A DNA stretch of 64,000 nucleotides from Octopus vulgaris (Eukaryota). Of the stretch, positions 1 to 13,609 are shown in pieces. Where the stretch lies: contig OX597838.1 of NCBI GenBank assembly GCA_951406725.2, positions 5,890,001 to 5,954,000 on the forward strand, in the 5' to 3' direction. A model generated the notes under the pieces. That model did not search any database and was not told the DNA's origin. It worked only from the letters and a program-made list of their open reading frames with translations. Made by a program: the position numbers and the translations under genes. Each line of letters opens with the position of its first letter. Position 1 is the stretch's first letter.

Positions 1-264
1 TCCTGTGGATTCACTAGATGGTAGGGGTTCCTTCCCTGTTCGCAATACATCAGAAACAGAGTGTGGTATTAAGTAGCTGGAGACGTTCTCCTATGGTTAA
101 AAATGTAGTTTTAACGTCGTCCCGTACATAACAGCCATGTTTAAGAGTCAACAAACATCACTTTCTAGTTTAGTTACTGGTTGTTTCAGTTATAAAAGCT
201 TTACAACTAGCTGATTTGGTCATATATGTGTGTGTGGGTATGTGTATGTATGTATGTATGTTTG

Positions 265-312
<48 letters not shown>

Positions 313-462
313 CATACACACACACACCAACATATATATATATAGGTATATATATAAGGTAAACATTTTCTTTGAGAAATCAATCGTGATGAATTCCTAA
401 TGGAGTCGACAGCACTAAACAAATATTTCTTTTCCAAACCCTGAGTTACACCATTTTCTAAA

Positions 463-700
<238 letters not shown>

Positions 701-707
701 TCTCTGT

Positions 708-1230
708 TATGTGTACGAGTGTGTATTTGTGTATGTGTGTGCGGGTGTGAGTGTGTGTGTCTGTGTAAAAATATAGGCATATGCAGGCGTACATGAATGT
801 ATACACATATCTAAAAAGATCTGCGCGATTAAACATATGTTGATATAAATATTAGTTAAACGCACTGAAGCCGCTATTTACAAATTTTAATTACATGGAA
901 ACAAATATCAAAATAAAAATAGACTATTTTCTACGTAGCTCTTTGTGCAAGAGGTCAATATATGTTATGGAGATGAAGAACATTTCAATAGATTTAGAAC
1001 TGTAAGAAAGGTCATGACATCAGATGAGAAAACATTAAATACACCGCCACACAGAACGTTATTAAAGCACCGTTCGATATTAACGAAATAGTATTTCTAC
1101 GGTACAATTAAGATTATATAGAAGTTATTTGAAATAAGAAATATTGGATATTTTAAACAATATCTTCCGATGTAGACTCTGATCTGTCTCCAGTAAGGTC
1201 GTTTTATGTGTGAAAGGATTTCATTTGTTA

Positions 1231-1294
<64 letters not shown>

Positions 1295-1694
1295 CATTCT
1301 CGTATACGCGCAAGCAAACACACATATAGAAAGAACTGATGGGGTAAGCAATTTAGACTCATCTATATATAAAGTATATTAAATACACCAAATACAAAAT
1401 ATGTATATATGTATATAGATATAAATTCGTCCAACTTTAGACATCGAAGTCAAAGTCTCAATCTTTTGAGCATTAGTAAATGTGTGAGTGTGTGTGTCTG
1501 TGTAAAAATATAGGCATATGCAGGCGTACATGAATGTATACACATATCTAAAAAGATCTGCGCGATTAAACATATGTTGATATAAATATTAGTTAAACGC
1601 ACTGAAGCCGCTATTTACAAATTTTAATTACATGGAAACAAATATCAAAATAAAAATAGACTATGTGTACGAGTGTGTATTTGTGTATGTGTGT
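708..1694 (+). repeat. Local permuted duplication (708-927 recurs at 1482-1694 in rearranged order)
   Basis: 745-927 recurs at 1482-1664 and is followed directly by a copy of 708-740 at 1662-1694. Confidence 0.9.
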
Positions 1695-1804
1695 ATAAGC
1701 AAGCCATACATTGAATATCTGGATCTCGTCTGTGAACTATATAAAGCTAAGTGACCACGTTCCGTCAAAAATGACCACTAAATGTAGTATTTTATATATA
1801 AATA

Positions 1805-1967
1805 GGCGCAGGAGTGGCTGTGTGGTAAGTAGCTTGCTTACCAACCACATGGTTCTGGGTTCAGTCACACTGCGTGGCACCTTGGACAAGTGTCTTCTAC
1901 TATAGCCTTGAGCTGACCAAAGCTTTGTGAGGGAATTTGGTAGACAGAAACAGAAAGAAGCCCGTCG

Positions 1968-2012
<45 letters not shown>

Positions 2013-2202
2013 ATATGTTTGTGTATCTGTGTTTGCCCCCCCCCCCCAACATCGCTTGACAACCGATGCTGGTGTGTTTACGTCCCTGCAACCTAGCAGT
2101 TTGGCAAAAGAGACCGATAGAATAAGTCCTGTGGTTGATTTGTTCGACTAAAGGCGGTGCTCCAGCATGGCCGCAGTCAAATGACTGAAACAAGTAAAAG
2201 AG
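1805..2202 (+). mobile_element. tRNA-derived SINE, family A (octopus-type), near full length, with internal (TA)n(TG)n
   Basis: Head GGCGCAGGAGTGGCTGTGTGGTAAG (A-box-like) ...GGGTTCAGTC (B-box-like); tail GGCGGTGCTCCAGCATGGCCGCAGTCAAATGACTGAAACAAGTAAAAGAG; about ten related copies or fragments in the window. Confidence 0.9.
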
Positions 2203-3082
2203 CGAAAAAAAAGTAAGAGTAAATAAGGTAAAAATAAGTTTCATAATAATCACACGCACAGACATTCACGTAATTCCATTGTACACGCACGTACGCACAT
2301 ACATACACTCACTCTTAATGCCTTATTATCTAACACACGCACAGGTTCGATTTCCACTCATTTTATATATTTTCATTCCAAAATGTTCGCTGCTTTTGCA
2401 TCCTTGTCAATGGACGTCGACTCTGTCCGTTATTGGGAGTGTGTTTCTTTTGTGTATTTGTTCGCATGAGTTACGGCCAGCGTGCATGTACGCTTTTGTA
2501 TGCACACATGTATGTATACGCATACATATATGATTTGCTTGATAGATAGATTGATAGATAAATAGATAGATAAATTGAACGATAGATAGATATGAAAACC
2601 TTGCTAATAAATACACACATCATAAATATCTATAAAAGCTGAGGTAGCTTTCGACAAATACAGAGGAACATATTCCTGGTTCGAGATGCACATGGGTTTA
2701 TATATTGCGTGTGAGACGAAGAGACGTAGGTGTATATATACAGAAAACGAATTTGTTTAGAAATCTGAGTGCGAAGATGGAGGCTTTCAGTATTAGACTG
2801 CGCTTACAGGGGTATTGGATCTGTGAAATGGATTCATATAGATCCTGGCACTTTGTAAAAATCACTTCGGACCGAAACCAAATTTGGTTGGACATACTTT
2901 AGAGAGAAGATTATTTCAAGGACAACTTCGATCGAAACATCTCCTTTCATGCTCGGAATACGTATGATATATGTAAAAACATGAATATAAGGTTTGAAAT
3001 TTTATAGATAAAAAGAGACCAAACCATATTATACTGACCAACAAAATATATTTATCATATCTAGAATTTAGAATTTCAGAAA

Positions 3083-3466
3083 TACACTACCTTCAGAAAT
3101 TAATTAGCACCCTTGATTTGCTCTTCACTCAAGGTATGTGCTGTCACCTAGTGGCCATATCTCGAACTATTGCTTTGTTGCGAGTTCACTGTTGCGCAGA
3201 ACGATGACGTAACTTTGTTTGCAGAGCAGTTTGAGAGTCTACAGCCTTATGATGTTGACATAGCAGTGCAACAACAGCTTGGAGTGCGGATGCAGACAAA
3301 TCTTCCTTTGTTTAATAGATATAGGTAGCGCCTCGCAAGGACCGAAATCACACCATACTAAGTTTTCTCATCGCGTAAGACGTTTTCAACAGCTCATAGG
3401 TTAATTGATTTAACCTATTTAATGTAGAAATTTGAGAAGTGCTAATTAATTTCTGACGCAAGTGTA
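3083..3466. mobile_element. Tc1/mariner-type MITE
   Basis: ~28 bp imperfect terminal inverted repeats TACACTACCTTCAGAAATTAATTAGCAC / GTGCTAATTAATTTCTGACGCAAGTGTA with TA at both ends; no ORF. Confidence 0.7.
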
Positions 3467-4119
3467 TATGCTTCACGCCTCCACTAATCGTGAGAATATC
3501 GGAGGCATCGAATACAGAATTCCAAAATATGAATTTCCAGCGTTAACAACTATACTCTGTTTATTCGGATATATTTCTATATCTTTCTTCCTTTTCTTTT
3601 TGTCGTTATATTTGTTAATATTGTTTACATAAACTCACTGTTCACTGAATAATAAATGTTCTGTCAAGAATAAATATATATCACGTACTATTAAGTTTCC
3701 AGAATTATTTTTTTTTATTATTTATATATTATTTTTTGAATTATATGCATATATGCTTGATGTATATTGCAATATATTTAAACTAAAAATATATACATTA
3801 CTACAAATAAATTTCATCTAATTTGGGCCACCGAATGCAAGTTATGAACTTTCGCATCAACTATTTTTTATTGTTTCAAACTTAACTTTATGACAATGTA
3901 CATGTATGCTTAGGTACTGCAATTGGTTTTTACTTAATATATTAATATCTGAGTGTTAGTATACTACCGTCACTGTGAATATAATGTGACATTCAGCGGT
4001 GTATCAAACATATTTTAAAATATTGATATTTTGAAATATATACGTAGTTGTTATACACGAATGTCTATGCGCGTGAGTATGTGTAATTTGCTTTACATCT
4101 ACATATATGTACATGCTGC

Positions 4120-4162
<43 letters not shown>

Positions 4163-5794
4163 TATATACATATATGGATGTAAACATATTCGTATATACG
4201 CGTTATTTACTTATATGTTATATGGAAAGACGCATATGTGTATATACATACATACACACACACACTCATACATATATAAATATATGAACACACAAACACT
4301 GAACTTTGTATACATTTCATAACATACCTGTCAAGATTGTAATTTCAAAAATATATTTTAAATTGTCACTGTATCACTGTATAAACATATTCTTATTTTA
4401 CTTTCTTTGTAGTAAAACTCTTATTGATTGAAGATACCTTATTGTAACAGCGGAAGCCAAGAGATTCGATTAGCAATTCGGTCCCATATTCGATGTGTTA
4501 ATCACAGTATCACACCGCTAGATTGTGTATGTATGTGAAACTCACGTAGATCATAACTCAGTCAATATACTAAATTCTTCTATTCCTGTCCCGGTTCAAG
4601 GACAACCCAACCGAACGTGCAGTTTTATCTTATTCACTTTATTTGAAAGTTTTCCATTGTTTTAGTAGCCCGAGTGACTAAAGACAAAATATAACTTTAG
4701 CATTGTTTCGGAGGAAAAGTGGGTCGCTGCGTGCTATACGTCAATAATTTTTTTAATATTTCCGTCACCATTTTGATTGTTTCACTGTCACAACAATCTT
4801 TCACTGTCGGATCTATTTTTCACAGATGACAGAATTATTTAACTCTCCTTCGCTTTATAACTGAATGTTTTCAGCCCAGATATCTCGTTTTACGTCTATG
4901 TACTTAGAATATATTTGTTTCCTTTTATCTGTATATATTATAAGATACTGTAATGTATCATATATCTTATTTGTCCTGGGTGTGGCTTTAAACCCCATCC
5001 TGTTGTGTCGTCCTGATTCAGAGATTCTAGCATTTTGAAATGTATGGAACCGCCTGTTAGCCACTATTGTTACCAAGTTTAATCAAACCGAGAGTAATAG
5101 CATCTGTCAGGGTCCCAGATAGGGGTTATGTTGCATGTTAGTACTCTGAGTACAGAAACGTTAAAATCAGTGTATGCAGTATTATGGCTGTATAATATTT
5201 TCGAAAATGAAACTAGCGTCTGATATCGCCATATGACGAGCAAATGAATATAAAACAAATGGTCAACTGCCAGGAACTAGTAGTTTAGTTACTGAGCTAC
5301 TGTTATCATCATCTGTAGACGTGGCGTGCGCAGACTAGATATCTCATCTTGCGATAAAAGACTGTAACAAAAACCCGTTGGATGTCCATGTCGCTTTGCT
5401 CAATTTGAACATCTTGTCGTTCAAATTTCCATTGGTTCGGACAGCTTACCAAACTGGATCATGGATGATAATGTATTATATATGTTCAAGCTCAAAATTG
5501 TTGAAGCATTGAGTCACCTCTACACCATATTTCTTACAGTCTATTTTAAAACTCCCCTTCTTCCCAAAATCACTCAGTACAGATTCTGCTGTGGATGAGC
5601 ACACATTGGCTTTTATAGTTCATTCGATTTTCATTTACCTGTATTTTCCGAGTACTATGCATGCATTTTTCTTGCTCTTCTTGCTTTGGAGATTTCTGTC
5701 TCTTCTCTTCCCCATTATTGAAGCGTTTGTAGAGTTTGTGAGAACCGTATGCAATAAACTAAATACTCTCATTAGTATATTAATTTATATCTGT

Positions 5795-5980
5795 GTAAGC
5801 AGAAACATTAGTATGCCTGGCAAAATTCTCTGCGGTGTTTCGTCTGTCTTTATGTTTTGAGTTCAAATTCCGCCGATGTCGAATTTGCCTTTCGGGGTCG
5901 ATAGATTAAGTACCAGGTGTCGATTTAATCGACTGGCCCCCTTCCCTAAAATTTCGGGCCTTGTGCCTAAAGTAGAAAGG
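5795..5980 (+). mobile_element. tRNA-derived SINE, family B (short-tail variant)
   Basis: GAGTTCAAATTCCGCCGATGTCGAATTTGCCTTTCGGGGTCGATAGATTAAGTACCAG matches the reverse complement of the copies at 27.8-28.2 kb and 40.1-40.6 kb. Confidence 0.8.
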
Positions 5981-6959
5981 CATAAACATCTATGTACAAT
6001 ATTTTTACAAATAAGATAGTTTGGAGAGGAATGCAAAAAGGACACTTTTGGTTATAAAATTCTCCCATTCATTCTTGTATATATTTTTGTACTTCTCACT
6101 GGAATATTTATGCCTAAAACATTTGCGAAACCTCAGAGAATACAAGATTCTACGAGAATTTTCTGGGAGAATTGTTAGTTTAGTGTTATAAACAATCCCT
6201 TGTCCACGACAGGGCTTGATTACCATTAATTAAAATTTATGAAAGAGGATTAATATTATTATATAATCACTGCTTTTCATAGAGTCATTGCAAATCACCA
6301 TCTCATTTGCATTTTGCCTGCCTTCTAAATAATGGTTATAAATCATGGAGGTTAAAGGGATGCGGTGAAAAAAATTACGTAATGAATTAGTGAATGTTTG
6401 ATACAGAGCTAATGAAATTCAGTCGCATGCATTGTACGGGCATCGACTACATAGGTTGTAGACAATATTATCCTTTTGGTTCTTATTTCAGATTGGGACA
6501 TAATGTATCGAGTGAATTTCACGATTTCTCATAAAGAAACATAACATAGCACATCGGTTAACATAAATGCAGTCACAGTGGTATGCTCGAAGGTATGTGT
6601 GCGACTTATGTGCGGAAGTGCGGGCTTCTGCAGGGTCAAGACATAAAAGCTTAACCTGGGTACCTTGCACCTATGTTTCCTCTGAAAGTTGTCCTACTGC
6701 GAGCACAGGTTTCACACCTCTTGCATACTATGGATCTCAATACTTCACTGGTGCACTATTTTATTGATTCGAGAGGACTGAGGGGTAAAATGACCTCTGT
6801 AGTATTCAGGATTTAAGTGAAAGATCTAAAACAAATCATGCGAGGTTTATTCCCTATGTTTTATTCGCTGCATCGACTTACTAATAACAATATTGATAAT
6901 AAAAAAATTACTATTTGTAAATCACTCAACGAGGGATGTCCAGCAAAGTACTCTAGAGT

Positions 6960-7191
6960 AAAGATTATTTGCCAACACCATGGCAGTCCTAGTTTAGGAC
7001 GAACGTTGCTATAATTTAGCCCCAGGATACATCATCTCCAACTGGCTATACGACACGATCATGTTTTGTTCGAAAATATAAGGACACATATCGTGTCGTA
7101 TAGCCTGCTAGAGAATATGTCACCTGGGGCTTAATTACAGAAACATTCGTCCTAAGCCAGGAATGCCATGTTATGTTGGCAAATAATCTTT
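6960..7191. mobile_element. Fold-back (palindromic) MITE-like element
   Basis: Arms AAAGATTATTTGCCAACA...GGCTATACGACACGAT and ATCGTGTCGTATAGCC...TGTTGGCAAATAATCTTT; imperfect symmetry over the whole length. Confidence 0.8.
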
Positions 7192-7439
7192 TTATCTGTA
7201 TTAGTAATGTTATGTTTATTTACTCTGTCACAGCTTTGTAATTCGCATATAAATTGGAGACGATAAACAAGTAAAACTTATATAACTGTTATATAGCATC
7301 GGTGTTAGAATTTGAGTGTTTGAGTTATAAATTATGCCCTTTCGAAGCATTTTTTTACAGTATTCTATGATTTCCGAATATAGCTAAACTAGTATTAACA
7401 ATATTATTTCAAATCTTGGTAAATGGTTTACAATTTTAA

Positions 7440-7560
7440 GAGGAGGAATTAGTAGATTACATATATTCCAGTATTCAACTGGTACTTATTTTAGCTGACC
7501 CCCCAAATAGATGATATGCAAATCCCACTTCAGTGCAATTTGAGCGAAGAAGGTAAAGCG
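7440..7560 (-). mobile_element. Degenerate family B SINE fragment
   Basis: GATTACAT...CCAGTATTCAACTGGTACTTATTTT...GACCCC resembles the family B core. Confidence 0.45.
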
Positions 7561-7782
7561 GGTAATGGAAGTAGTGTTGAGGTGTAGACGACAGACGGGT
7601 AGACGGACTGATGGAGAGACGAACAGCAAGGCGAGCAGTCAAGGAGTTGATATTTTCGTAAATAGTAGTGTAATGGTCCAAGAGAAAATCTCACATATGA
7701 AGACAAAAACAGCCAAGCCCCAAAATATCACGTGAAATGCACAAGGATTCGGAAACAGTGACGATATTGAACGTGTACAATA

Positions 7783-7851
<69 letters not shown>

Positions 7852-8000
7852 GAATGATAGATAGATTATGATGGATATATATAAATAAATACACTATAAC
7901 CTTATACATAAATATTCATATATATATATATATATATGTGTGTGTGTCGATAGATAGATAGATAGCTAGGTAAATAAATTAATATACATACATATATCCG

Positions 8001-8068
<68 letters not shown>

Positions 8069-8073
8069 ATGTG

Positions 8074-8112
<39 letters not shown>

Positions 8113-8299
8113 CAGAGATTAGATTTACATGGAGTACAAAAGATACGGAAAACTAAGCAAAGAGGGTAGAATATTTTGAGGCTCGAGAGTTCTTCTGGGT
8201 CACTGATTATATGCCGCCTCTACTGACTGCATATTCCTGACTCTTTGCACACTCTATGTGCCACCATTACAAATATAGGGAGATAGACAGATAGATCAC

Positions 8300-8460
8300 A
8301 ACGTCTTCTCCCGAATACCATCTACCATATCTGCTCACAAGTCTTCGGACAACACTGTTTTGCTGTAATAATAATGTTGCCCAAGGCAACAGTACAGTAG
8401 ATTCGAATAAGGAAACGTGGTGTTGCATATGCAGACTACATATCACAGCCACACTCGCAC
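8300..8460 (-). mobile_element. Degenerate family A SINE 5' half
   Basis: TTGCCCAAGG...ATCACAGCCACACTCGCAC resembles the reverse-complemented family A head. Confidence 0.45.
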
Positions 8461-10245
8461 CCCAGATAGTTAGGAAATTTTTTACTGTGAAGGCAATGCA
8501 TCATCAAGACCAATGAACAAATTATGATGGATAATGATGAGATTTAAATGTCATTTTCTAAGTATTCAGCAACAAGTTTTCAAATCTTTAACCTCTAAAT
8601 ATAGTGCATTTATTTTTGGCAACCTTCGTGCATAGAAGATTTCAAGACAGTGGTACTCAACATAAAAACTAAAAGCACGTTCAAACTACAGAATTTTTTA
8701 AAAAATACATTTGTTCGAATTAAACTTCCTTCGTTGTGTGTTTATGGAAATAAATGGATTTATTTTACATTGTTAAGCACGTTCCTCATTGTTACTAGTT
8801 AAATAAAACATTTGAAAATCCGGAACAAAATGCCACTGCAACATGCTAACATTATGATATATGCCTATATGCTTTTCTTTAATATGTTTTCTCGAGATTT
8901 ATTTGTATTCAAAATATTTGAGGGGCTCATAGATTTTATGCTATGACACATACACATAATGTTCCGTTCATATGGATAATTAAGAGTTATGGCTTACGTA
9001 GATATCAAATAATTCCGGCAAAAAATATGAAAAGCGTGATGCGAACTAACTATAGAACATATATGGAAAAATATGGAAGTAGACAAAGAAACCAAATGAA
9101 CATACAGGCAAACGTGCACACACTCACATATACATTTATATACCTACACACGTACACAAACACATATACACATATAAATAAATACAATACACATACGCAT
9201 ATATGTATATATATATATATGCACAAGCATATATAGATACATATATAGTTTGTGTATATATATACGTTTTCATATACACACCCGACAAACACACATACTT
9301 GCATACATACATATGTAAACACACGCAGACATGCACACCTATACACATATTTCCAAATTGATTATTCTTGTCGTATATTGTTATAAACGATTTATTTTCT
9401 TTACAAAATTTTCAAGAATATGTTTGAAAAACGAAATCAATACAGCCATGATTAATCACGATGCTTGTTTCCTGTTGGGGAAGCTTTACAAAAGTTTTCA
9501 CTTGTACTTGTTAAAATCTTTTCTACAGTAGCTCTGTGTGTCCATATTGTTTTCTATTTCTCGTGGGATTACGTTTCAAGAACTAAATGGAATATTTTTA
9601 AAAATTAGTTTCTTTCTCTTTTGGCTATTTTAGACGATTTGTTTCCCCAAGAGAATTTTCTTCATTCTGCAGATGATGTTTCTTTGAAGGTCCCTAAACA
9701 TTTTCAAGTGGACGTGTGTAATTTACGCTATATATCTTGTATTATTGATACGAACAATTTTCGATTATATCGTTGTCTTACATCAAGAATGGCACAAGCC
9801 GGTTTACCTTATAAATTACATTCCAGATTAATATTTATTCAGATTTATTGGAACTCATTATGAATGTAGCCGGAAGGATCTTCATGGGAATGCTGAGTAA
9901 CATGTTCTGGGTGAAGCGAATTTTTCCATAGACCGAGGTGAGCACTGAGCATTTGGTCATTGAGAGCAATAGACATCAATGTGTAATTTTGCTCTTCCGT
10001 TTCTCGCTCAAGTATAGAACAATGTACATGCTACCATTGGGCTCCGTTTCACTTCAGAATATCCTAGACAAAGATTCTTTACTAATGCCTTGGGCCAATT
10101 AAAGTTTTATATGCGGAGGAGAGAATTCGGCAACGGAATCTGATAAAACCTGTCGTGTGGAAATATGTGTGCCTGAGCGTGAGAGTGTGTGCATGAATAG
10201 ATAAGTTATGTATATACGAGTATATGTATATGGGTATATATGATG

Positions 10246-10287
<42 letters not shown>

Positions 10288-10289
<2 letters not shown>

Positions 10290-10416
10290 CCTACGCAGAA
10301 CACTTTCCATACAATAACCATCAAAGCATCACAACAAATCACAGCACATACTCAAGGCACACAGAGCTGCGTTCGGTAGTGAAGTGAAAGCACGCTATAA
10401 AAATAAAACTACTGAA
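10288..10416 (+). mobile_element. 5'-truncated non-LTR retrotransposon tail in (AAT)n, R4/Dong-like
   Basis: Unique ~130 bp flanked on both sides by (AAT)n; starts ATC CTA CGC AGA ACA CTT TCC ATA CAA TAA = ILRRTLSIQ*, like the C-terminus of restriction-endonuclease-type elements; AATAAA before the AAT tail. Confidence 0.55.
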
Positions 10417-10417
10417 C

Positions 10418-10475
<58 letters not shown>

Positions 10476-12123
10476 GTAATACAAATAATAATATGAAGAT
10501 GATGATGAATATTAGTAATTCTAATAACGATTATTATAGTACTAATATATATTTTAATTGCACGCAGTAAAACCTACCTGTAACCCGGGTCAACGTATTT
10601 GGTGTGGATACTTCTGGTGTTAGAAAATATTTCTGGTGACAGAAGAAGTACTGAAAAAGTTGAAAATGTTCTGTCATTGATTCATCTAACATCAACGTTT
10701 CTGATATGGAAATGTTGTCAAATATTCTGATATGTAATCATCTTGAGCCAAATGGTCTTCTAGAGACAACTCCGTTGACCAATACTTTTCTATACAGTCG
10801 CCTAGTGTTATACAATCTTATTCTTATTTATATGAGATCGATGCAATTTGGGAATAACTAAATCCGTGTTACCAAAATCTCAAGACATGTCAACGTCCAC
10901 TTCAGAGCCATTCTTCTACAGCTGGTTCTATAGAAATTCTAGTGGTATGTAAGATCCAAAATCTACATGAATCGTAACTTAGTCTTCGGAATCAGTGTTT
11001 TGTAGCTCATTATTTAGATGTTACATTATCTAACATTGATGAATATTGCTTTAATGCTATGATAAAAAAACAACAAAAAACAAGAAATAAAACGTAGCTG
11101 CTATGGTGTCTAAAATTTCTGATAATAGCCTTTATATACCTAACGATACTAGCGGTGAAACATTTGGCAAGCAGAATGCTTTAGGTAAAAACCCTTCCTC
11201 AGAAACTAATTTCTAAGGAGTGTTTCGGCGAATATTGGCAGCATTTTCCCGGAAAATATATTTGTAAATTTGTTGCTTTGACATTTTTAAAAGTATGTAC
11301 GAATTGATGGCGTCGTGAGAGGGAATTTATTAGAGAATATAGAAGTAGAAGTGAGATTAGTCTCTGTGTCAACAAATACCATTGCTACGGTTGCAACCAC
11401 AATGTTGAATTTGAGATTTCTTAATTTGCTTACAATGATATAGAAATATATCTTTCTCGATTGGATGCAGCAAAGGCATTTAGCATCGCTGATTACGTTG
11501 TGAAGTACCAGAATATGCTTAATATGCTTAATAATATCACTCAGAAGTGCAGGATTTCTTTCGATTTTATATTATAAAAAAATGCCGTGAAGGTAAGCTT
11601 TGTTGATAGCAAAGCCCCCAAACACAGGTGAAAGCAGTGAATAAAATATTGGCATCTCCTCTGCAAAGAGGGATGAATGGTTCACTTCGGTACAAGGTAA
11701 AGACGAAGAAGCTGTGTGGAGGCTTCAAAGAGACCAGTGTATAAAGCAAAATATTTTGTGAAGAGTGGATGTAATGCTACAAAATCTATAACGCAAAAAA
11801 AAAAAAATGTATCATAATTTTCATTCGCGTTTGTACACTACAAAAAAACCTAACATTATGGATTTTCTTTTTCTACGAACTCAGAGTTTGTGAGAAAAAC
11901 CTTTCTTCAGATAGACGCTTATGCATGAATTCTTCTTGTGGTGAACGTCTGTAAGAGTTTCATCCTTCTTTAATTAATTTATAGGTGTGAACGTATGCAT
12001 ACATACACACATGCATAGATACATACATATACATGTAGACGGACATACATATCCACACGTATATATACATACATATATGTGTGTCTCTCTGTATATGTAT
12101 GTATGTATGCATGTATGTATGTA

Positions 12124-12174
<51 letters not shown>

Positions 12175-12392
12175 AAATACGTAAGAAGGGTATCCAGGAT
12201 AGTGCAGTACAATCGTTTCATGCTACTTAATTTTATTAAACACTGTAAGTATTACATCAGTTTTCAAATGTCGGGCAATCTCCAGCCACATATAGAAGTT
12301 TTTAATTAAATGGACAATCCACATTTTTATACTTATTCATCTGAATCTAAATTTTGCTGAACTTATACATATACAATACATATATGTATAAA

Positions 12393-12454
<62 letters not shown>

Positions 12455-12668
12455 AGAAATATGTATGTATCTCTCTCTATGTCTATGTCTGTGTGTATAT
12501 ATGCATGCAAGGACTCTCGTGTATATACAGCCATCACACTATGTGAATAATGTTGATTTATGAAGTGAACTATAGTCAGAGATGACAGTCCGGATGAATA
12601 CGTATATCCAATCGTATGCAGAGTCACTAATGTCCCTGCATGTACATGTCTGTATGTATGTATACATA

Positions 12669-12753
<85 letters not shown>

Positions 12754-13553
12754 GCATACATATATTATATATATGTATATATATATATATACATGTATAT
12801 ATACACACATGCATGTGTGTAGTTATGCATACAACTTCGACACTGAGACAGATTTGTAGACAAGTCTCACCTACTCGTTATAGCAAACGTAAATACGCTT
12901 GGTCCTTAATACAAGTAATCAGAATAGATTTACATTTATTTAACTCCATTAATGTCCAACGATTTATCTGACACATTTAATTAAGTATAACAACCTCTGT
13001 CTTATTCTCACTCCTAACTACAAATTGAATTGGCCATTGCAAATTTTAAATTAATTTTACCGTTTCAAATATACTAAAACATGACGTACGTATAAGCTAG
13101 ACTCGTAAATAGTTATCGATCGTTGACAGATCCACTGAGAACTCTGTGTTCCCTTTTAAAGACTACTTGTTCCTTTCTTTGTTTTATATTCTACAGTTCA
13201 CAACATCCACAAATTAAGACCGCGTTCATCTCTATACACTCTAACATATTTCCGATTCCACTTACTACGAATCATTTATAGACTTCTTCCTTCTGATGTG
13301 TTTTCTCTTCTGTCTTCTTCTGTCGCCCATATTTGAGATTCGTTCTTGAACCATTAAATTACTATTTCAGAAAATCTTTATTTCCTACTCCGTTACATTA
13401 GCACATCTGGAGCAGGGAAATAAGTTATAATACGTAAGATATTACTTCCAAACATATGTACACATTTCTATTTAGTATCATTTGATTGAGTTAAACTGGT
13501 TCATAAATGCGGTAAATTTGACCAATTGAATAAGTAAACTCTATGGTTTTTTA

Positions 13554-13609
<56 letters not shown>

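Noticed and set aside
11461-11520. LDAAKAFSIADYVVKYQNML, reminiscent of the LINE RT LDxxKAFD motif
   Set aside because: A single short motif with no other recognisable RT blocks in frame; possibly an old LINE but unsupported.
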